NCBI GenBank assembly: GCA_043228905.1
Contig: JBHGNT010000022.1
Span: forward strand, 2,356,001-2,420,000
Origin: Azolla caroliniana
Taxonomy: Eukaryota > Plantae > Polypodiophyta
DNA: 64,000 nucleotides
Reading direction: 5' to 3'
The first letter of the stretch is position 1, and each line of letters opens with the position of its first letter. The translations under genes were made by a program, and so were the position numbers. The notes beneath the pieces were generated by a model. That model had not been told where the DNA came from. It saw only the letters and a program-made list of their open reading frames with translations, and made no database searches. Positions 48,727 through 59,400 of this stretch are shown here, piece by piece.

Positions 48727-48816
48727 TGTCGTGGAGAAAACCATCCCTAGGAGGAATCGGTGGATGGTGTGCATGAACCGGCCCTTACACACGGGCACAT
48801 GTTTTGATGTATTTAC
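48727..48816 (+). repeat. C1 3' LTR, part 1
   Basis: TGTCGTGGAGAAAACC after PPT AGGTGGGGGTGGA; matches 18519 onward. Confidence 0.9.
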
Positions 48817-49228
48817 TGGAGGGAACTCAACGTTCCTTATGCGCAATGCTCGGCCACAACCGAGCTTAAAATCATACACAGAAAACAGGAAATAAAACGC
48901 ACGACACAAAGAGGAGAAGAGTGCACAGGATGTTTACGTGGAAAACCCAAAGAGGGAAAAACCACGGCAGCCCACAGGCTGCAAACTATCACTATGCTAG
49001 AATGTACAACAGTGAGTTCACGGAGGCAACGACCTCTTCCTCTCTCTCTTACTCTCTGTACACTGCTACGCACTCTGATCTCACGTAGACAAGAATAACA
49101 ACAACTGACTAAAAGTTTGCCCTAAGTCATATTTATACTAATATGACTTTTCGGCTATTTACAAATATAGCCTCGATGGACTCTCAGAAACATATTTACG
49201 AATATGTCTCTTCATCCAGTGAGCATTC

Positions 49229-49520
49229 CTCACCGGGTCTGCACCATCCGGCTCTCCCTAGCCGGGTACTCCTCATCCGGTTCTCACCGGGTCTGCACCA
49301 TGTGGCACTCCGTAACCAGGTACTCCTTATCCGGTTCTCATCGGGTCTACACTATCCGGCTCTCCGTAACCGGGTACTCCTTATCCGGTTCTCACCAGGT
49401 CTGCACCATCCGGCTCTCCGTAACCGAGTACTCCTTATCCGGTTCTCACCGGGTCTGCACCATCCGGCTCTCCGTAGCCAGGTACTCCTCATCCGGTTCT
49501 CACCTGGTCTGCACCATCCG
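49229..49520. repeat. 54-bp tandem repeat, 5 full + 1 partial unit (B2 3' LTR)
   Basis: 18-codon periodicity visible in the sequence and in the ORF track. Confidence 0.9.
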
Positions 49521-49582
49521 GTTTCGGCATTGTTCTTCTCCCTTCCCATCCGGAGGGACCTGTCTCCCAACAAACTCCCCCT

Positions 49583-52500
49583 TCACTCTGGCATGGGGTG
49601 TCTTACTAGACCGATCCTCTTCCGGCATGCATCCAGCATGTCGGGTATCAGAACTTTGGTCAGCATATCTGACCCGTTCTCGGCTGTGTGGATCTTCGTC
49701 AGCGCGAACTCCTGGTCATCTACTCTTTCCCGGATCCAGTGATATCTTCGCTGGATATGCTTCGTCCGGGAATGGTAGGCCGCATTCTTAGCAAGGTGGA
49801 TGGCACTTTGACTATCGCAATAGAGCCTGTATTCATCTTGTCGGATCCCGAGCTCTCCGATGAAGTCCTTCATCCATAATATTTCCTTGCCAGCTTCCAC
49901 AGACGCGATGTACTCCGCCTCCGTGGTTGACAACGCAACCGTCTTCGGCAGCCTCGACTGCCACGAAACAACTCCCCCTGCATATGTCATTACATACCCA
50001 AATGTAGACCGGCTGGTATCCACATCAGCCGACATGTCCGAATCTGTGAAACCGTCAAGTTGAGGTTTTTCGGAGCCGAATCGGAGACACATATTTGAGG
50101 TGCCCTTCAAATACCGGAGTATCCATTTGACCGCGTTCCAGTGCTCCTTGCCGGGATTGCTCATAAACCGGCTCACCACTCCGACTGCGTATCCTATATC
50201 CGGTCGGGTACACACCATTGCGTACATCAAGCTCCCGACGGCAGAGGCATATGGAATCTTCATCATATCTGCCTTCTCTATTTTCGTCTTCGGGCTTTGC
50301 TTGCCGGATAACCTGCAGTTTTCCGGAAGTGTCGATCCGTCCGGTTTCGCATCTGACATGTTGAACCGGTGAAGCACCTTTGTCACGTACTTCTCCTGTG
50401 ATAGCCATATTTGCTTCGCTGACCGGTTCCGGATAATCTGCATCCCCAGCATCTGTCTTGCCGGACCCAAGTCTTTCATTGAGAAGGTCCGGTTGAGGGC
50501 CTTCTTCAGCATCCATATTTTGACTTGGTCCCGTTTGACGATCAACATGTGGTCCACGTACAGAAGGAGTATCAGGAAGTCGCCTCCTTCGAACTTCTTC
50601 ACAAACACGCAGTGATCGGCCTGCGTCTTGTGGTACCCTTGATTGGCCATGAAGGAATCAAACTTCCGGTACCATTGTCGGGGGGCTTGCTTCAGTCCGT
50701 ACAGGCTCTTCTTCAACCGGCATACTAGGTGCTCCTTCCCTTTCTCCACGAATCCTTCCGGTTGCTCCATGTCGATCTCCTCTTCGAGGTCGCCGTGAAG
50801 GAATGTCGTCTTCACGTCTAGCTGCTCTACCTCGAGGTTCATGCTTGCCGCTATACTCAGCACCGTCCAGATGGAGGTCATCTTTACTACCGGGGCAAAT
50901 ATCTCATCGAAGTCCACGCCCTTTTTCTGCTGGAACCCCTTCACCACGATCCTGGCTTTGTATCTCGGGGGGTTGGCAACATCTCCCGGTTTCAACTTGT
51001 ACACCCACTGATTTCGGAGTGCCCGCTTTCCTTTTGGAAACTCCACCAATTTGAACGTATGGTTCTCATGCAGGGAATCCATCTCATCCTGCATTGCACT
51101 TAACCATTTTCGGCTGTGGGTGTCATCCTTCGCTTCTTCGAAGCTTTCCGGCTCCCCCACATCGGTCAGCAGAACATGCTCTGCATCCGGAAATCTCCGG
51201 GGGGCCCTTCTCTCTCTGAGAGGATATCTCCGTCTTAGGGCTTCGGTAACCGGTTCCTTCATTTTCTCTTTATCTGAATCCGATTCGGGGTCTTGGCCGG
51301 TTCCGGTCTCAGCTTCCTCTACTTCTTCTTCTGCCCGTTCGGTATTGTCACCGTAACCGGCTGCTTCCTCGAGTGCTAACCGGTCTCTTACCGGTTGGGT
51401 CTGCTCATCGTAGAGTCTATCCTTATCGGTCGACTCGGAGTTCATTATCTTCTTCTCCGACTCCCAGCCGGCGAGCGTCTTGTCCTCCATGAAGATAATA
51501 TCTCAACTCCGGAATACCTTCTTGTCGACCAGGTCCCACACTCGGTAGCCGAACTCATCGTCACCGTAACCGAGGAATATGCATGGCCGTGTCTTTGGAT
51601 CTAACTTTCCTCTCCGGTCCTTAGCTACATGCACGTACGCGAGACACCCGAACAACTTCAGATGCCGGTAGGACACTTCCTTACCGGTCCATACTCTCTG
51701 TGGCGTGTCTCCGTCCAAGGGTACTGAGGGTGATCTGTTTATCACATATGTCGCCGACGACAATGCCTCAACCCAAAACTTCTTGGGTAGTTTTGCATGC
51801 GCTAGCATACTTCGGACCCTCTCCATTATGGTCCGGTTCATCCTCTCGGCCAGTCCGTTTAGTTCCGGCGTCTTCAGCACGGTAGATTCGAGCCAGATTC
51901 CCTTCGAGCGACAGTACTCCTCGAAGTACCCCTGGTATTCACCTCCGTTATCTGCTCGAACCGCCTTCAGTTTCCGGCCGGTTTCTCTTTCCACTCTCGC
52001 GTGGAGTTCTTTGAAGACGGATAACACCTGATCCTTCGTCTTCAACGGTGTGGCCCATAGCTTCCGGATGTGGTCATCTATGAATGTCACAAAGTACTAC
52101 GCTCCGGCATGTGACTTCATGTGTACTTGACACACATCAGTATGCACCAACTCCAATGGTGCATTACGTCTCATCGGTGGCCTTGGTCGGAAGGAGGTCC
52201 GGTTTTGGTTACCGGCCAGACAATCAGTGCACTTCTCCAAGTGCACGTTCTTCACTGGAATGAGGTTGTCGTCTGCAAGCCTCTTCATCCCCTTCTCGCT
52301 CATATGACACAGCCTCTTGTGCCACAACTCACCAGTAGTGTCGGATGCCACGTTCACTTCTTCCAGACATAACCGGGCATTCATCAGGTACAGTGTGTTG
52401 ACCTTCCGGGCCCGAGCCACAATCAGGCTCCCTTTGCTGAACTTCATGACACCATTCCGGATGCTACCCGTGTAGCCTTCATCATCTAGCTGACCGGCTG

Positions 52501-53628
52501 ATATCAGGTTCATGCGAACCTCCGGAACGTGTCAGACATCCTTCAGCAGCAACTTGCATCCGGTTGGTGTTGTCAGCCACACATCTCCTGTGCCAACAAT
52601 TCGGCATGTACTTTCATTCCCCATCCGGACATAGCCGTGATCACCGGCTGAGTAGGATGAGAAGCATTTTTGGTCCGGGGTAAGGTGGAACGACGCTCCG
52701 GAGTCTACCACCTAGGTCATCTCGTCACCGGCAAGGTTTATCACACTCTCCTCGGTGATGAGCATCAACTCTTCTTCACTTGCCGCGATTGCCGTCGTCC
52801 CCTTCCGGTCCAACCCCCTCCGGTCTTTACCGTTCCGGTCCGGTGTCCGCTTCGAATCGGTACCATCGGTTTCCTTGTCTTTCCGGAAATGCCGACAGTT
52901 CTTCTGGAAGTGTCTCGGCTTGCTGCAATAGAAGCAAGTAGGCCTCCCCCTTGACTTTGACCGTGTTCCCGACTTTTCCCGGTTCCAGGGATTACGGTTT
53001 CTTTGTCTTCCGCGTTCCGATTCAGTAAGTAGCGTTTTGGAGTCGGGGCTCGTATCTTTATCTTTCCGACGCGCCTCCTCATCTAGCAAGCTCAACTTTA
53101 CTCTCGCTAGGGATAATCGTTTTCCTTCCGGCCCGGCGTTGCCCAAAGTGACAACCAACGTCTCCCAACTATCCGGGAGGGAACCAAGCAGGAGTAGTGT
53201 TAGTACCTCATCGGCGAGAGGTACTTCCAATGAAGTTGCCTGGTGGATCAGCCCCTGGAAGGCATTCATGTGCTCTGCCATGCTGGAGCCATCTTGGTAC
53301 CGGAGTCTTACTAGCTTCCGGAATACCGAAACCAGATTAACAGCATTTTTGTTTTGGAACATTATGCCGATCTTCTCCCAGAGCTCATGACCCTTGCTCT
53401 CTTCATTGAAGTTGTTGTACAAGCTCATGTCAATGAAGCACCGTATGTACGTTGTTGTCTTCATGTGCATCGCCTCCCATATCGCGGCATCGATTTTGTC
53501 TGGTCTCTTCTCCCAAACTGAACCGGAAACCAGAGGTCTTTAACCATGAGCATGTCCCTCAACTTCGACTTCCACACTGAGTAGTTGGAACCGGTGAGCT
53601 TGAACATGCCGCCAAACGATTCATCCAT
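49583..53628 (-). pseudogene. B2 gag-pol (Gag, CCHC, protease, IN, RT, RH)
   Basis: MDESFGGMFKLTGSNYSVWK..., LLLLGSLPDSW, VVDSGASFH, LLYVDHML; several stops. Confidence 0.95.
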
Positions 53629-53945
53629 TTTCTGCGTCGTTTTGCTCTGATACCACTTGAAGGGAACTCAACGTTCCTTATGCGCAATGCTCGGCCACAA
53701 CCGAGCTTAAAATCATACACAGAAAACAGGAAATGAAACGCACGACACAAAGAGGAGAAGAGTGCACAAGATGTTTACGTGGGAAACCCAAAGAGGGAAA
53801 AACCACGGCAGCCCACAGGCTGCAAACTATCACTATGCTAGAATGTACAACAGTGAGTTCACGGAGGCAACGACCTCGTGGTCATGATCCTCGCCACAGG
53901 CGGCAGTTACAATAAGAGGCAACGACCTCTTCCTCTCTCTCTTAC

Positions 53946-54449
53946 TCTTAAGCCTCTTAGCCGCTTGTACTTATCTTTTCACATAATATATAGCTGTTGT
54001 CATCATCTCTCTCTCTCTCTCATTCTCGCTATCTCTCTCTCTCTCCTCTTCTCACTTCCTCTCTCGGGAATCTTACGTAGTCCCGTCCTCTTAGTACTAA
54101 TAGTACTGCTGTTCTTAGTACTAATTCCATCTCTGTTTTAGTACTATTCCTGACAGTTTGAACCAATTTGGTTCAAAACAATACCTTGTGCCTCCTTTTA
54201 TAGTGTTTTTAGGAATAATCCTGAAGCTTCTAGAATGTTCCAGAGAGATCTGGAATATACATCAATTTTGTATGATAAAGTATAAATGAAAATAATATCC
54301 TACAAAATACAATTCATAATCTAATGGTAAGAGCTCGACCCATGTAGCATAAAGTCATGGGTTCGAGTCTTGCCATGACACTTCATAATCTAATGGTAAG
54401 AGCTCGACCCATGTAGCATAAAGTCATGGGTTCGAGTCTTGCCATGACA
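53946..54449. mobile_element. Rearranged D-family LTR insert: R-U5-PBS (+) fused to inverted U3 (-)
   Basis: TSD CTTAC at 53941-53945 and 54450-54454; the other B2 LTR is empty at this site (~49048). Confidence 0.9.
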
Positions 54450-54630
54450 CTTACTCTCTGTACGCTACTACGCACTCTGATCTCGCGTAGACAAGAATAA
54501 CAACAACTGACTAAAAGTTTTCCCTAAGTCATATTTATACTAATATGACGTTTCAGCTATTTACAAATATAGCCTCGATGGACTCTCAGAAACATATTTA
54601 CGAATATGTCTATTCATCCGGTGAGCATTC

Positions 54631-54977
54631 CTCACCGGGTCTGCACCATCCGGCTCTCCGTAGCCGGGTACTCCTCATCTGGTTCTCACCAGGTCCGCAC
54701 CATCCGGCACTCCATAACCGGGTACTCCTTATCCGGTTCTCACCAGGTCTGCACCATCCGGCTTTCCGTAACCGGGTACTCCTTATCCGGTTCTCACCGG
54801 GTCTACACCATCCGGCTCTCCGTAGTCGGGTACTCCTCATCCGGTTCTCACCGGGTCTGCACCATTCGGCTCTCCGTAGCCGGGTACTCCTCATTTGGTT
54901 CTCACCGGGTCTGCACCATCCGGCTCTCCGTAGCCGAGTACTCCTCATCCGGTTCTCACCGGGTCTGCACCATCCGG
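54631..54977. repeat. 54-bp tandem repeat, 6 full + 1 partial unit (B2 5' LTR)
   Basis: Same unit as 49229-49520. Confidence 0.9.
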
Positions 54978-55033
54978 TTTCGGCATTGTTCTTTTCCCTT
55001 CCCATCTGGAGGGACCTGTCTCCCAACATTTAC

Positions 55034-55560
55034 ATACATAGTTAAGTACAGGTCAATGATGTAATTATCCTAGGTAGCACGAATTCATTAAGTAGGGAAT
55101 CGAAGAGGATCTCTGTCCGAAAGGACAGAGAATAATATCGATTTAACAGTCTGTAAACGGCTCTCTCTCCTACTATAAAAGGAGAGGAAAAGGGCCTGAG
55201 TAGGGATTGCGCGTTTTGAGAGGATGAAGTGTTGTCAGACTTGGAACCGAGCTCTCTCCTCCACCATCGTTGTTAATTCTACATGGATTTTGGGTTAAGT
55301 TGGTTGCCTCTGCTGCATGAAAGCCCACGTGCTTCCAGTAGAGGCTCCACCACGTATTTCAGCGCGTGTGTCCGTCTGTCATCGGCTTGCCGGTTGTAAC
55401 ATTGCAACCTCTGTAATCTATGTTGTTATTGGAATTGATTATTTTGTTTTTGTCTCTCTATGTTTCTGCGAATCTATCTCCCTCTTCTCTCTCACGGTCC
55501 TTGGTTTAGAGCCCCCATGGTCCCGCCTTATTTCATACGCGTGAGCATAGCAATGCGACA
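55034..55560 (+). repeat. C1 3' LTR, part 2
   Basis: Matches ~18609-19138; ends GCGACA. Confidence 0.9.
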
Positions 55561-56051
55561 ACGGGCGTTTGTAGTGCACGGGCCATTTGGAGGGTTCGTA
55601 TTGCATGGGCCATTCGGAGGGTTCGTAGTTCATGGGTCGGTTACGACGTACGGATCGGTTACACGTAGGTCAATTGGGACGATCATACGAATCATGCACA
55701 TGCCGAACATTATGGATAATAGGATTATGCGACCGAATTGTAAGGATGGGGTCACATGCAACTAATCATACTGCACGAGCTATTTTCCTGGGCGTTCGTA
55801 GTGCACGGGCCATTCATAGGGTTTGTAGTGCGCGGGCCATCCGGCGTGTTCGTAGTGCACGGGCCGTTCGGAGGGTTAATAGTCCATGGGTCGATTGCGA
55901 GACATGGATCAATCATGACGCACAGATCGGTTGCGCGCAGGTCGGTTGGGATGATCATATCAATCATGCACAGGCCGAACTTTATGGATAATAGGATCAT
56001 GTGGCCGAATTTTAAGAACGGGGTCACATGCAGCTAAAGTAATAGTCATGT
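55561..56051 (+). repeat. Continuation of G LTR with degenerate TAGTGCACGGGCC repeats and a higher-order duplication
   Basis: ~27-bp units as at 18450-18518; block ATCATGCAC..GCCGAAC.TTATGGATAATAGGAT...GGGGTCACATGCA occurs at ~55691 and ~55963. Confidence 0.65.
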
Positions 56052-56493
56052 TGTTGGCCGGTCAGAAGAGCAAGGACAAGTGGGAAGGCGGAATCGGATC
56101 GGATAATAGGAAGTAAATAATAGTAGAATTATTATTCAAAGGGACGGATCCGGTACAGTTGTACCGATCCGGATCCGGACCGATTCGGATGTCGGTTGCC
56201 TAAGCGCACCGATTGTAACCTTGCCGGATGCCTATAAAAGGATCCGATGATTTGTAAAGTGTTTTGACGGAAGTAATACAATAGTGATTATTGCGTATTT
56301 ATCTGTATCTCGTATTGTTTGCCGTCCGTGCTTAATTGTAATCATCTTATGCGTGTAGCCTAGCATCCAATCCTTACCACCCCTTTGGAGAAGTGTCGGA
56401 TAGACACCTGTGTTGAGGCTAGTCCGGCCAGACAGACAACACTATTTTGGCGACCACGATTCCTGCAAAGTGCAGAGGACAATCGGGGGATGG

Positions 56494-59400
56494 ATGTCTA
56501 GACCAAATGACGACCACATCACCGAACGAGGGAGACGATACACCGAACGCGAGCAACGACGGGAAGCCCTGCAGCAAGCCGTCGACGAGATCCGGCGGGA
56601 TCGGTCATTCTCCAAAACTCTTCGGAGAGTCGCAGAAGAAGCACTGCAGTTCCGGGTTCTGCAAATCCCCGACGAAGGCAGTAGCATAACAAGCCTGCAA
56701 GAGGCGGAAACGATACTGCAGACGCTTGCCGCGGGCGACGGGGACTCAGAAGCATTCGCAACACTTGAGGCGGAGTCGGAAAGCGACGGAAGCGTTGCAG
56801 CCGAGTATAAAAGCAGCCACGACACACCAAACGACCGGGAGGACGAGGGGTCGGACGACTCAGTAACACCGGCGCCAGAGGAAGAAATAACCCTGGAATT
56901 CGGTGATCGGCAACTGCCGAGGAAGGCTGAGCGGATACCGACAACACCCGCGGAGGAACCAACGGACCGGATACCGACAACACCCGCGGAGGAACCAACG
57001 GACCGGACACCGACAACACCCGCGGAGGAACCAAAGGTTCTCACACCAACGCCAACAGTGGACAGAGAGCGGAGGGAACAGGAGAGTCAATTGGACGACA
57101 CGATGCCGTACCCATACCCAAAGTACCGGGATGAGGCCGACACGGAGGCACACGTGTACGCATTCCTCCAAACATGGGAAGCCAACCATGTCTCCCAAAG
57201 ACTGACGGAGCCCGAAGCTGAACGATCCAAAATCGCCGAATTCGGCATAACCTTAGAAGGGCCGGCGGCCCAATGGCACGCAAAGCACTTACCAGGCACC
57301 TTTGCCACATTCGATGCCTTGAAGGCCAGATTCCTCAGGTTTTTTCACAGACAATTTGAGCAAAGGGAATTGGTCGGGCAGTTCTACACCACTCGGCAGG
57401 AAGAGAACGAGACTATGCCACAATTCATCATTCGGTTCCAGACCCTGCACAGCCAACTGACAAGAGCACCACCCGAAGACGAAGCCAAAGCAGTCTTTCT
57501 GGCCGCACTGAAAGAGCCACTTCGAACAATGTGCGGAGTCCTTGATTTCCAAACCAGCACAATGGACCAAGTTATTGATCGGGTTTTAGAAATGGACAAG
57601 ACTAGCCCCTTCTTGTCGATGGGGATGTTACACCGGGCACTCCCAAAGGAGGAAGACCTGAGATTCCGACAGGCCTTACAATGCACAACATGCCTAAATT
57701 CGGGACACTCAACAGTGGACTGCACCCTGCGGACACAATGTGTGATCTGCAACTCTCGAGCCCATACAGCGGACCGATGCGAATATAACCTGTTAAATCG
57801 GTAGGCAGCACCGGTTCGACACATAGAACCGCGCAATCAGAACCCAGACGAGGATCGATTCCGGAGAGACGACCGCTACCAACGCGAACGCGGTAACAGA
57901 TACGCTGATAGAAGACGCGACAACTATGAGCGAGAGGAGAGACGCAGAGATAGCTACCCCCAGGACCGGTATGACAGAGACAAATCCCCGGAAGACGACC
58001 GACGCAGAGAAGAGAGGCGACAAGGATACGCTGATACAAGACGCGACAACTATGACCGAGAGGAGAGACGCAAAGATAGCTACCCCCGGGACCGGTACGA
58101 CCGAAACGAAGCCCCACAATATGACCGACGCAGAGAAGAGAGGCGACAAGGGAACCGAAATTTCCGACGGAATCAGAAGCGTGGATTTTTCCGAAGAGAG
58201 GAACGTCGGGAGGCAGCAAGGAATGACAACCTGGTATCCGTACCGGATAACCGAAAAACCGAAGACGACCGCCGGGGCATTCCAAACCGGGGACAAAGGA
58301 GAAACGAGCAACAGTCACAAGGTGTACTGTTATTACTGCCGCAAGGAAGGCCACTATAGTAACCAATGCCCAAGCAAAAGCTATGACAAGCAGCCGGAAG
58401 TCAACATGGTTACAGCCGAAATAACAGAAGTACAGCAGGTCACAACCCGGTCAAAGGGAAAGACCGCCGAGTGGGAAGCCCAGGAGGCAATCAGAAAACA
58501 AGCGACACAATGGATCAAGGAGGTCAATGAACAGAATGCGGCAGAAGTAAGAGACCAAAATATGCCAAAAGACGAAGAAATCATACAGCAAGGAGAAAAC
58601 CCGACGTGGCAAGCGCTACAGGACTGTCAAATCGTGCTGCCGTTAGCACGACTACTACAGTTAGTGCCACGATTTACGGCAGACCTACAGGCATCCGTCA
58701 GCAAACCGAAGCCGACGCCAGCACCGGCATTCTTCTCCAACCCGGAGGAAGGACCAGCGGTGGTCGATACAAGTAGCCCGGCGATCATGGCAATCGTGAA
58801 AGGAAAGGAAATGGCTGGAACGATTATTGACGGAGGCTCCGGGGTAAATGTTATCAGCCAACAGACATGCAACGACCTGGGCATCCGGGAATGGGAACCA
58901 TGCCCCTTCTGGTTACGCATGGGGGATACTAGCTCAGTCCGACCGACCGGGCTTATCCGGGACTTGGAAATAACGATCGGAGGCCATGTATTCCGGATAT
59001 CGGCCGTGGTGCTGCAGCTGAATGTACAAGGCGCGTACCCCCTACTGCTAGGACGACCATGGCTGCGAACGGCGCATATCAAGCAGAACTGGCAAAAGAA
59101 CATGATCACATTCCGGCGAGGGAAAACAAAGGTACGAGTAACGACGCAACCACGGGTGATCACCAGTAAGGAAGCAACTCCATTGTATGCGGAAAGCATT
59201 AACATGTTGGAGGGATTACCGGACGAGGAAGTCGAGCGGTACCTCGAGGAACACCCACGAATCGTCCCACTATTTGAGGTGGATATCACGGCGGCAGTAG
59301 AACCGTACATTACGACGCCAGAAGAACCGGACCAAGCGGCGATCCGGAAACTGCGACAAGCGCAGGAATCCCTAGAGAGGGAAATGACGATATCCCAGAG

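Larger units (their letters stand above)
48817..55028 (-). mobile_element. Copia family B copy B2, full length
   Basis: LTRs 48817-49572 and 53658-55028; TSD TTTAC at 48812-48816 and 55029-55033; iMet PBS TGGTATCAGAGC (53644-53655, minus); PPT 49573-49585. Confidence 0.96.
18519..55560 (+). mobile_element. Fungal-like Ty3/gypsy element C1 (hosts E, D, A2, B2)
   Basis: 5' LTR 18519-19138; 3' LTR split into 48727-48816 and 55034-55560; PBS and PPT present; pol continuous across the E insertion; possible 4-bp TSD ATGG/ACGG. Confidence 0.88.

Noticed and set aside
49143-49791. Repeat-encoded ORFs (also 10710-11696, 15916-16404, 54545-55064)
   Set aside because: A stop-free 54-bp unit opens several frames on both strands; no sign of real coding.
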